Shown here: one piece after another, positions 38,266 to 49,800 of the stretch
Position numbering within the stretch: the stretch's first letter is position 1
Layout of the letters: every line of letters starts with the position of its first letter
From: Klebsormidium nitens
Taxonomy: Eukaryota > Plantae > Klebsormidiophyceae
Direction: 5' to 3'
Length of the DNA stretch: 64,000 bases
Assembly (NCBI GenBank): GCA_000708835.1
Contig: DF237008.1
Span: forward strand, 186,001-250,000
Program-made: the position numbers and the translations under genes
Notes under the pieces: model-generated
The model's database searches: none
Told to the model about the DNA's origin: nothing
Seen by the model: only the letters and a program-made list of their open reading frames with translations

Positions 38266-39912
38266 ATGTCCGCCATGGGAACGCCGCCCCAGCAGAGCAC
38301 CAACCGACCGGTAGCGGAACTCAACGAAGGTCCCAGTTGCGACCAACCGGGCAGATTTACGGACGAGAAACTGCCCGGGGAAGCTTCCCCCGGTCGCGCC
38401 CAACCGGGGGCAAGCCGGGACGACCAGAGGAGGCAAGAAGAGATTTTGCACATGGTGAGAGTAGCGTATTATGGAACCGACGTATTATCGATCCCTCACA
38501 TGCGATGAAACAGAGGCCCGAAGAGGAAAAAGCGGGGGGGCTCGCGCGCGCTCGGGGGGCCGGCAGCCCCCTTGGTTTAAGAGGTCACAAAATCGGACTT
38601 CAAAGGTTGGGATTCTTTCTTATGTTGTACGAGCTCCCTTAAGAAGACTTGGTAAGATCCTAGTCTTCGACGACTGCCATCTGCCGTCATTTGGCGCGTT
38701 TTTGGGAAGAGATCAAGACATCTTCTACAGTTCCGGCAGAGTTTATGATCTCCCCCACGTTATGACGTTAGATCCCCCCTGAACTCGGTTCCATGTGATT
38801 TGTCTTGTCAAAGTGGTTGATTTTGCGTCGAAGCAGAGGAGAGGATTCACGTATGTTTAATCTGTTCTTCGTTCTTTCGTTCGACGGCCTTGCGACCCCG
38901 TTCCATTGTTTCGTTCCACTGCAGCAAGCACGGAAGTTCCAGTTCTTCCAGTGCTCGCACTGCTGCCTGGCGGTTCTCACTGCCACACTAGCGGCTGACA
39001 TTTGAGCATTTGAAACGCGGGTGAACGTAAGCCGCGGCTGCTAACCCGCTCTTTGCAGTGCCCGTCTTTCAAGTCAGTGAATCTCGCCTTATCTTAACCG
39101 GGTCGATTTCGGATTAAGTAAACCCAGTGGTCGGGTCCGAAGCCAAGTCGGATCCTATCACGTACCTCTCAAAGCGCGTGTTTCTCAGCCGTTTCTTTGC
39201 TCCCAACCACTGGGGTTAACATGTAACCGGTATTCGGATAGGTGCGGTCGTGACACTGGCGGTTCCTGAACTCGCAGCCTTTTTCTCACAATTTGGACCA
39301 GGACCCTCAAGCTAGGATTCCTCCAATCGACGAAGGAAATTCGGATTCTACTGTTGGATAGGAGAACGCTCGGCTGCTCCTGCGCGTGTACGAGCGTCCC
39401 TGCACAGTCGGGTTTTGATTGGCGCATCTTCCAAATCGAAACCTCTGTTCCCGGTCAGGAAAAGTGAGCTAGATGGTCAGGTTATCGCTCAAAGCTATCC
39501 ACTTCTGCCCTGCGGTTGTTTAGTCAATCAGAAACGCGCTCCTCAGATGCGGCCAACTCACTGTGGGCTTGACAGGGGAAGCATTGGCCGGAGTCGGACG
39601 GACCGTACTTCTGAGGTGTGCTCTTCATTCCTCGTTCCAAGACGTCAAATTCAAGGCGATTTCATGCAGGCTCGTGCCCCTTGTCCATTGTCCCTCTCTT
39701 TTTTTCTTGATTCCAATCTACAAGTGGCCAATCAACCTTTTTTTTTTTTTTTTTTTACTCGTTCACAACGTACGTGTGTGGCGCCGCTGAATGAAATCTC
39801 CCAGCGCATGCTTTTCAATCTGCAGGCTGGAAGTGCGGGGAAAGCGCGCGCGGCCGCGGCGGCCGGCGAGCGGCCGTTGGGCGACACGGTGGCAGCGGTG
39901 CCCGGCCTTTAG
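38266..39912 (+). CDS. Small hydrophilic hypothetical protein (~91 aa), 2 exons
   Basis: ATG 38266 to donor ATG|GTGAGA (38454); acceptor TCTGCAG|39826 to TAG 39912. Phase 0/0, GC3-rich. Intermediate exons are not excluded. Confidence 0.5.
39738..39756. repeat. T19 homopolymer in intron
   Basis: 19 consecutive T, by far the longest homopolymer noticed in the window. Confidence 0.9.
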
Positions 39913-40739
39913 GAGGCCGCCAAGGCGCCCCGAGAGCCGCCGGTCCACATCGTTCACTTGCACAATGTTCCGGACTAAGGAACAGCCAGCTGATTATGCG
40001 GACCGCTTGGATAGAATGTTTTGTGAAATTGGTCGACCTGAGAGAATCTTGCCAGGTTACGGATGTCAGATCTGATTGGACGCAGCACGTACGTAGAAGG
40101 CACGCGAACCGGAAGACAAGCTGAGGGGAGCCGGGGTAGAAATCTAGAATTGCACATCCAACGTGAGCCTGTATGGGCCAAACGATTGTGAAGCTTGTAG
40201 GGCAGCTGCCAGTCTCCGCGCCCACTGTTCAAATTGATCCTGGATTTGAAACGACAGAATGCAGGAGTCAATAATAGCCTGACATGCACGAGACGATCAG
40301 ATAATCCCCGCACCAGCATGTATGCTATGAAAATGCTCCCAAGATGCAAGCCCGTCAAAAGAAAAGACGGTCACCGTTGTATAAAACGAGACCCTCAGGT
40401 TGTTTCATGGGAGATTGTGTTGTTTGGCACTCTTTGAAGGGCATGAGCTTCGAAAGTCGTGCGCAGTACTGTCAACCGCTGATGGCTGACTGCCATTGAT
40501 TCGAGTAAGGTGCATCATTTCGAAAGCGATGCGACTCGTGCGACTTCAAGTTGAGAGCAATAAGACTATGAGGTCACACGGGCAGAATCATGACATGGTC
40601 GATCCGAGGGGCGATCCAAGACATGGTATAGCTCTCGTGGGGAGCAGAGAGGCCCCATGGAGGAGCCTGGGCGCGTCTAAGCTGCTCAGTCGCGAAATCG
40701 AATGTATCGAGAAGGTCATGCGTGATGCACAATATTGCT

Positions 40740-41050
40740 CCATGGATCTAGCTAGCTTTGATGAGATCATGCCTGGTACATGCATGTGACAACAGTCGAA
40801 CTATATGATGGTTTTTGATGTCATGCATATGATCGAACGAACATGTGCATGACCCCATGTATCGATAGCTAGCTGCGTATGGCGCGGACGAATGCAAGAG
40901 CTGTCACAGTCGATCGGCCTTATAGCGGTGCATTCCGACAAATGACATGCCGCAGCCGTCCGCGATGCATGACTGCATGTGTGCGGTTTGATATATCTGT
41001 CACCGACACTTTTCGAAAGCCATGCTTATAGTAGACGACCAAATGCGGAC
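40740..41050. repeat. CATG/RY-rich island between convergent 3' ends (small gene and SKIP8)
   Basis: About a dozen CATG in ~300 bp (e.g. TACATGCATGTG, GTCATGCATATG, GATGCATGACTGCATGT). Confidence 0.6.
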
Positions 41051-41690
41051 CGACCAGATATAGAGTTGAGTACAAAAAGCTAATCCCCGATTTGAGCCAT
41101 CAACATGACCGTGGGACTCAGCTAGTTCTTCTCGAGACACAACAGCTACCTTAACATAGTCTTCGGCTTTCCTTAAGTGACGAGTGCCCAGTGCGGCAAG
41201 TTGCGGCTCGCTCAGCTAGTCAGTAAGGTCTGGTCAAGGCTTCGCCTAAGCCCTCTGGAAGTCTGCTTCAATTGTCAAAATTTTCTAAGACTGCATCCGC
41301 CATTACATTGACGTTGTTTAAAGTGAGACGCAAAATTGCACAAGCTGCTCCTGCCCACTTTTACGGACAGTACCTTCGAGCGCTCATGACAACCTCAAGT
41401 ATCGCAGCGATCAAGAACATGCTGGGGATGTTAGTCCGCTCTCAAGGCGCGCCCAATCTCTGTGCTCGTCTTTTAAATCCTTCACCGAGTTGCGCACGAC
41501 CTCCGGCACGTTCATGGTGGTTCCATTTGGTGCACAAGAATCCCGTCACCGAAGGCGATCCACCTTTGACTCGAGTCTGCTATTCGAGCAATCCTCTCTT
41601 GTCGCCACCATGTGCTGGACGGTAGTGGCACCTTCGCACTTCGTGCTGTGTCGTAAAGGGCGACAAAGGGCGATTACAGAACCACAGCCG

Positions 41691-43749
41691 TCACCGGTAA
41701 TGACCCCACTCGGGCCCCGTGGCCGCAAATTGCGGCGAGCTGTGATGGTGCACGATATGCCAAACGCCGCCATGTTTTTCAAAACAGTTGGTTGCGATCA
41801 GGGGTTCCTCCGCCTGGTTCACGAACTCCTTGAGCGTGACCCAAGCCATTCGACCGTCGACCCGACACCGCACGTCCCGCAGGTCGAAATCGTACCGTTG
41901 GCCCCAGCCAAACACCACGCGCCAGCTGGCGATGACGGCGTCGTACCTGGAAAAAGCAAAAGGGAACCCGTGAGGGAAAACGGCTTTTATTCAGAAACAT
42001 GGGACACGCAGGACAATGGGTTCCGCCTAAAGAGAAAGTAGAATCGTCTGCGTCTTTTGAGGTTCTGCTTTTGGTTGCTCCTGAACGTCGTATGCTCAGT
42101 CAACCAAAGAGCCTTGAGACAACAGAGAAGGAAGAAAGCGGGCGGACTAGCTTGGCGCCAGCTGCAGATTCGTCGATGATTGTTCTGCGTAAGTTGTTTG
42201 ACATGGACTTGGTCCGGAAGCTGGAAGAATATGGAAAAGCTGAATGCTGATGAACTTGGGGTTGAATGCAGCCAACAGGTCGAGTGTATGTGTGTTCCAG
42301 AAGTTGCGATCTGGAAACACTTCCACTTCTCTTTGGTGAGAACGCCCGAATCCAGACATCGCTCAACGATTAGAAAGAGATAATCGGGTGCTCTAAGAAT
42401 GCTGCTTGAATTGGGACTTCAATTGAAAAAAAACGCTGTTTCAGTTTCAACAAAGCTGCAGACACTGGCAGCGAACTTGAGAATCAGCACAAGCCAACCT
42501 CACAAGTATCTTCAGGTTCGACTTTGACCTCTGAGAAGGCAACAAGTTCGGAATCAACAGGAGATGAAGGAGCCATTGGGGTCTCAGGCAGGCCGGTAGA
42601 AAGAGGGCACTTGTCCGGCCGGCAATCGGGTGCGTCGGCAGTCCATACCCTGTTAGCAGCACTCCCCCTGGATGTATGCACTTGACGTAGTCCGCGTTTA
42701 GCCACAGGCCCGCCATCGCGAACAGCGACTTGCTCGAAAACACACTGTAGAACCTCTGGTTCGCCTCGGTCACAGCTTTCGTCGCGGAGTAGTGCACTTT
42801 CCAGCCACTTGGCGGCTGCAGCCTGTCTTGCTCAGTCGTGAAGTCCTGAACGAGCGGAACGAATCAGGACACCGAGTCAAGCCGGCTTCATAGACTCAGT
42901 TACACGACGCCGTGCAGAATATACGGCAAAGAGAACGACTTGGTGACTTCGTTATGGGTTGCAGCACGACTGAGCTCAACTTGTGCGGCTGACATAAAGA
43001 TGGCAGAAGCAGGGCATAGAAGCAACTACAGCGTTAACATATCAAGGTGGTGTCCTCTCTTTGTCGTCCTGATGAGCAGGAAATGTGTCGAGGAAGATTT
43101 GAGGGGGGAGAGTCAGTAACCTAGAGGGAACTTTTACAAGCCAGGCGAGAAAGTCCAACAACTATTAACTAAGAAGACTGTGAGAAAATATGTTGCCGGG
43201 AGATGAGTTGATCGCACAGGCTGTCAAAGAAGCAATCTGCTGAAGGTGCCCAGAATCAAGGGGCGCAAGTGGAGACGGTACTGCATACATCAAGCAGCTA
43301 TCTCGCAGGGCTCATTTGAGCGGTTCCGATGAGCCGCCAACTTCTAAGGCCAGTGCTTGCCAAGATGAATCTGTAGACTTTGAAAAGTTTCTCGTGCTCA
43401 CCACATGGAACAAATGCTTCCACACCCTGTCGTCGTTCGCCAGCACCCGCATCGTTGCTGATGTCATGCTGACCGAGCACAGGCTTTGGTGGTCAAGATA
43501 TGACAGCAGATACGACAACACCTCTGGCACTAATTGCTCAATGAGACAGCCTTTTGTGTCTATTGGGGGCTGCACAGCAAAGGCTGGTGACATTGCTCGC
43601 CTTTTCCGTTTTCCCTTGGGTCCTCCAGTCACTTTGAAGATGTTTCGGCGTGCAATGAATGTGAAGACAGCCGTGCCCAGAAGACAAGTGATACAGGTTG
43701 TCGAAATTGGGTATGTGTTGTCCGCTGCACTTGCTCTGGCGTCCTCCAT
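41691..43749 (-). CDS. SKIP8: F-box protein SKIP8-like (TM segment, F-box, SnoaL/NTF2-like domain), 3 exons
   Basis: Exons 43749-43402, 42845-42649, 41946-41691, phase-compatible. Motifs EQLVPEVLSYLLSYLD..SLC.VSMT..MR.LANDD..WK, LWLNADYVKCIH.GG, MAWVTLK, WHIVHHHSS. Confidence 0.92.
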
Positions 43750-44145
43750 GCTACCTCCAAGCAGGTACTCTTCTGGAGCTCAGTGTTCCCCACAAACAAG
43801 ATGTTATGCTCCAACGCCAACAACTAAAATGAACTGCCATGAGCTCAACTTCATCTGCCCGACGAGGTTTGAACGCCTGTAACTTGTATTAGAGGAAATG
43901 CAGCCTGCAAGCTAGTGCTGCAGCCTGCTGTAGGCCTTGGCCCTGTAGCCAGTAGGTAGGCTGTTGCGCCGCCCCCATTGCAATATGCCAACTAGGTACC
44001 TAGGTAGTCCAGGAGCTAGATAGAGAAGTTGAACAGCACTGGCAGAGCGTCCAATAACATGTTGAAATCTGAATGCTTTGCGCCGTACGATAGACCGGCA
44101 ACTCATCGGGCCGCGTCAAGACTCAAGCTGCTAATAGTAAAGGGC

Positions 44146-44176
44146 TGATAGTCAATGGACCGTTGATTGACTATCA
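44146..44176. repeat. Perfect 11-bp inverted repeat with 9-nt spacer
   Basis: TGATAGTCAAT (44146-44156) and ATTGACTATCA (44166-44176). Confidence 0.85.
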
Positions 44177-45259
44177 ATCATTGTTGATACCAATGTTTAC
44201 CGTCCGATGCATTCCATTTTGTCGCTTCGGACCAATCGGTTTAGGGACTGTACGGAGTAGAGCATACAGTGACTGAAGAGGATTGGGTACGCTAGGCGAG
44301 GCAATTCGAAAGTCGAGACTCTAGAGCGGCCTCGGAGAGCCCCTGCTGGATAACAATTCCTCTCAAGGTCAAAGAGCGCCCGACCGGCGACCAGACAGTG
44401 CAATGCCGCACTGACCGCTCCCACCGGCGCCCGCACAATCCGGCCTAGTTGGCGAACAAGCTCGTGATTGGTTGGCCAGATCCCGCAGTCCCAGCCTCTG
44501 CGAGTCAATCGGGGGCCGGATGCAGAACGAGGAGTCCTGCAGTCCGCAGGCCCAAATGTTTCAGGAAGAGGACGTCGTGTTCTTTTGAATTGACCATCGT
44601 ATCTTCCACCGTGCACGGCAGTGTCGGTTCCTCTGTACATCTAGCGGTGCCTACCGGTCGACCTGGAATCTGCGGGTACCAGGCCCACGGCAGCCTACCA
44701 GTCTCTAATTGAAGCTCGGGAGGATTCTTACCGAGGTGGTCCAATTTGACATTTGGGAGCGACAACAGGTGACACTCGACCGGCTTCAGATTTCCGGTCG
44801 GTGCCCGTTGCACGGTACACACCGGTAGTAGTTACCGGCGTTGATGCTCCGCCGAATCCTCAGGCTTGTACTACCAACTGGCCGCCTTCGACCGGACAGG
44901 GAAACGTTCGACCGCGTCCAATGAAAACATCACCGCCTGCTTCTCTTTTCGATGGTTCGCACGTGGCATTCATGAAACGAAGGCACGGTCCCCCTTCTCG
45001 TCGATCAAAAGCGCACCGTTTCAAACTCGATCTTCTCGCTTGTGGCCATCCTCGAACTGGTACGTGCGAAACGTGATCCTTAACACCAATGCAGATTCCA
45101 GCAGATCCCAAGGACCTTCCGGTTGGCCGTACCGGTGGTGTACGGGTGCAGCAGAGTCCAGGGACCAGAGTCCAGACCGGCCCTGCTGCGGCAGCCGGCT
45201 CTGTGGACAGGGAACTAGGTTACCACTCGACCGCACTTTTCAGTGTCATGAATACCATC

Positions 45260-45390
45260 ATCCGTACAGATGGCAGTACCGTACCTGGTCCTAAGGTACC
45301 GGTAGGTGCTCACTCGTGCACAGAACGGTACAATTCTGCCAACCACGGTACCTCCGTACCTGGGTACCTACCGACCGGACTGTACCGAAT
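45260..45390. repeat. GTAC-rich island
   Basis: GTAC at 45264, 45276, 45281, 45296, 45328, 45348, 45356, 45364, 45382. Confidence 0.8.
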
Positions 45391-46856
45391 GTTATCTGCT
45401 CGCTAGTGAACAGAATGGTGGTCCAGGTCATGCAAGCAGCAAATTTACTTGAGCCTGAGGCTGTACCTGGGCTGTGTGCCAGCTCGCGGAGAGCAGTGTT
45501 GCATGGCGTTCCGCCTTTGGCAGAGTCTTCCTTCCCGAGAATCCAGGCTTGCTCCCTCGTGCTTGTGAACGTTTGGTTCTCCGCAAATCAGGTTTGACCT
45601 GAAGGTTTCGCTGGCGAAGGAGTTGCCTTATGATTCATATGCATCCTGTTACGGTTTCCTGTGGGATTCGAGCTTCTGGAAACAGCGTTTCGTAAGTGCT
45701 GGCAGGCTACCAGTGTATTTGCCGGACAGCGCCTTGAGGTGTGGGCCACGTACGGCAGCGAGAAGCAGGCTCCTTGGGCACTTCATCCAGTAAGTACAAT
45801 ATTCCATCTTGTGAAGCCAGCTTGAAAGAGCTTTCTCAACGGAGCTCGGCTGCTGCTGTCTAAGCTATATCCTCTGGGGGTTGCCCAGAACAGTTTCAAA
45901 GGTGTTGGGCCCCAGAAGGCGAATAAGTCAATATGCAACTTGTCTGCTGAGGACAAAGTATTTGGCTGACAGAACCCTGAGATTCTTTGAAGGGAATGAC
46001 ACTCTTCGATGAGCTCTCAAAACATGCGAATGTACGAATGTACTTGTGAGTCTACGTTTACGTGCTTCAGAAGTGTTGTTGCTTTGGTCTAGCCCAGTGT
46101 CCAGGTCTGTTGAGCGATGATTGTTGTGCGCATGTTCCTTAGAGCCTCTGGTTGCAACTTGTATTTCTAAGAGCTGGCTGTGCATTCAAAGCTCTAAGTC
46201 TATCTCCTTCTTAAAGAGGTGCATCTGCCAGCTTGATTGACCACTGAGCTAGCTAGTCATATGCACCTTGGGGTCAAAAGAGGCTGCATCGCTTTGCTGC
46301 AAGGCTGGTACCACACACACCATAGTTGCTATCAGGTTGATGTGAAAGCAGGATTTCACCCTTATCTTTCTGTGTCTGTCTCACGGGCTGTATCCTTGAA
46401 GCAAGTACTTGCATTTAAGTGGAACAATTTAGGTTCCTAACATGAAAGACACCTCATGGTCTTCTCGGAATCTTTAGAAACTTGGTCCAACCTGAGAGCT
46501 CCTGGAGGAAGTTGCAATGAAGTAGGCTTACTCAGCCATCAGGTCAGCTGTGCTGCTGAACCATCTTTTAACCAATCTAGTGTTGGAAGTTGCTTAAGAG
46601 CCCGTCGTCCTTCCGAGGGTCTGAGGGACGAGTATTTGCTTGGGAAGCTTCATCGCCAACCAATTGTTGGATGAGCACTTTGTGTCTTACAAATTGCAGC
46701 GTTCTGCTTCATTTTCTGGTGGTCGAGTGCTTCAGTGTCAATTTACCACCTGATCCTCACTTGTATTCCCCGACCAAGCTGTCTCTATCTGTGTTTGCTG
46801 ACTGAGTGATGCGGAACTGCAGGAAAACGCCAGAACCTTGTTCATGTCGCTGTTCC

Positions 46857-49800
46857 ATGGACACAGCGGGGCTGGTGGATGCATCAGCAGCAGTCGCAAA
46901 TGAAGATCAGGCTCATGCCCTCAAAGAGCTCGGAGCGGGTGTAAGGTTTGGAGCTGAAGCAGACCCTGGTCTTCCAGAAAATATCAGTTCATTCTCGTTG
47001 GACGGGTTTTCCGAAGACTCTTCGACGGTTGGTAGCCTGTCTTTACCCTCTTCAACGTTAGGAATTTTTGATCGAAGCAACGCCGGGAAGGTGTCTGTGG
47101 GGGACAGAGGCCAAGCGGTGGTCGACAGCGATTGCTGGCAGTTTGCGCAGAGCTTGGCAGCGGCCAATGGATGGCTGCCACATGGTTCGCATACAGTGGT
47201 AGAAGTGGTGCAGGCTGCCGTCAGCGCAGAGAGCGAGAGCAAGAAAGCTGGGGTTGGCGTGAAGCATGACAAAGCTGAAATGAGTGTCAGGATGGAGCAA
47301 GAGCAAGCAGACCAGATGTCGAGCAGGGCCCCTCGTAGCTGGGGTGTCGGGGCTAGTGCGGGGGGTGGCTTGGAGTCTTTGGAGGGGTCTGTTTCTGCGA
47401 GCAAGCAGGAGTTGCTTGAGCAAGCACCTGAGGGTGCCATCCCCTCTGACTGGATTGAGCAGCTCAGAGACAGCAAGTTCGATGATACGCCCAACGGCCA
47501 TGGGCCTTCAGCGCTTCAGAACGCCCACGACGGGAAGCTCCCCACCAGGCGTCCGGAGCTGAGCATCAACGTGAGCGGCCTGTCCGAAATGGACGCGGAG
47601 AGGGCCCTGGAGGACGGGAGCCAGGCATCGCCCCACGGGACCCCTAGCGAGGTGGTCAAGACGCGGGTTCGGCTGGTTAAGAAGGAGGTTAGCGAGCCAT
47701 CAGCTGCGGCAGCCCCCCTGCTCGATGGCACCAAGCGCAAGAAGAAGCGTGTGGAGTGGCCGGCACCCGATGTGGCGGGAAAGAAGCGGCGCCTGTCGGA
47801 TGGGGGTGGTTCAGGAGGTTCCGAGGAGGGTCTGGGGGCGAGCAAGAAGGTGGTGAGCCTGGACCGCTACAAGGCCTTCACGAAAGCCCCGAACATGCTC
47901 ATGGCGAAGCTGGTGGACGAGAAGGCCCTGCTGGAGGGGACGTACGTGCAGTACCGCGGCAAGCAGGACGAGGTGCTCAAGGAGGGGCATGCATTCAAGA
48001 ACGGGATCCTGTGCCGGTGAGGTTCCGGTTGTGGCCTACAGCAGACTGCTGGTGTGTCCTCAGTTACTGGTGGTTGGTAATTAGGGAGGGCTTGGCACTG
48101 ATATTGGAAAAGAGCATTCTGCTTTATCTTTTGCCTCTGGCACCTGCAGCAGGGCTGTGGAGGTTGATATGTTGACTAGCTGCAACAAAAAGTGGTAGAA
48201 GAAGTCTCGGTTGAGTTAGCATGCACCAATATGCAGAGCAATGAAGGCTGACAAACATTGAAGCCAAGCTATCCTGATTATACTTCTAGGTGCTTGCCTG
48301 TTGCTCGTCAACCGCGCTGCCGGTTACAGAACTGCATTTAGCTTTCTCTGAAGCCATGATAGTGGTTGGTTTTCCCCATCATGATGCTTGTCTGAGCACT
48401 CTCTCGCGGCCTGTACGTTACGGCCCGCAAACCAACTCTTTGGCATGCAAATCAACCCGCAAACATTCATCTGGTCCCGAGCTTTGTCAGTGAATTTGTC
48501 TCTGTGTCGATGCAAATTGCGTTGGAACTGGAAAGTGACGCTTTGCCGCAACAGCGGCCCCAGGCCGCGCTAGGTTGATAGCTTATGGTTGCCGCTTGCG
48601 ACCTGCAAAATTGGCCATTAGACTGCCCCATCTAGCAACTTATGCGCGAACCTTTCCGTCCCCTCAACCTGCAGATGCTGCAATGTGCTCAAGTCCCTGA
48701 GCGAGTTTGAGCGCCACGCGGGCAGCAGCATCCATCGCCCGAGCGACCGCCTCTTTCTTGAAAATGGCATGAGCCTCAAGGAGCTGCTGAACAGCAGCAA
48801 GGCGCCCGCAGTAGAATCGGGTCATGCTGTGTCAAAGGCCCTTGCCTCGCCTGAGTCGCAGCTTCCAGAGGGCTACGAAGACGGGAATGATGACCTGTGC
48901 AGAGTTTGCGGGGACGGGGGCGAGCTTATTTGTTGCGACGCGTGTCCTGCCACCTTCCACCTCAGCTGCATGAGCTTGGAGGTGCGTTCCTCGTCTGGCT
49001 GTCCTAGTTGACAAACTCTGTCCAGCGCACCTGGTGCAATTGAGGACAAATCACGAGGTTAAAGTTATTCAAGTGCTAAGTTCAAAGCCCAACAGAAGGT
49101 GTTCGGTTATGGATCTTATCACCTCAGCTTGTCTTTTCTCGCAAGCCAGGCTGAAGATATAACCCGTTCACATATGCGAGGTGCGCTTGTATCAGCGGGA
49201 CAGTTCGCAACGATAGAGGCATGTGACTTTGATGTTGCGGAGCAGTCATAGAGAGCTTTTTCTCACTTGGTCATTTGTAGGTCTTCATATCTGGTCCAGT
49301 CGACACTGTCTGGAGCTTGTACTCTACAAACAAAGTCGATTATTCTGATGGTGTCAATCTTGCGCTTGCAGGACCTTCCAGACGGCAACTGGTACTGCCC
49401 CTCGTGCCGCTGCAGCCACTGTGGTGCGAGCGACTTCACCCCAGACGGCTTTGACAGCCGCACCGTCCTGCTGTGTGACCAGTGCGAGAGAGAGTGTGAG
49501 TACGCTGTCACAGACACGCCCTTTGGTCAGGTCGATTGTGTAAGGTGCTATGAAGATCCTTCACTCCTGGTCTGCAGAGGATTTCAGCCAGGAACTGGCA
49601 AGCAAGGATGTCCTTTTCTGGCAGCATTTGAATACTCACTTTGAAACAGGGGCTACCTTTGTTGCTTATTCATCTCGTATTCACGTCCTCCACCTCTTGG
49701 TGAATGAGGGCTTGCATCGGCTCCTGACTACGACTGTCAAATGAGCCAAATCATGTGTCTGGTCTCGTAGGCAGGTTCTTTAAGGTTCATCTTGAAAAGT

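Noticed and set aside
44197-44640. GWDCGIW resembling the Ulp1 protease Q..G.DCG motif
   Set aside because: The catalytic Gln/His/Asp context is missing and the rest of the ORF is unprotein-like.
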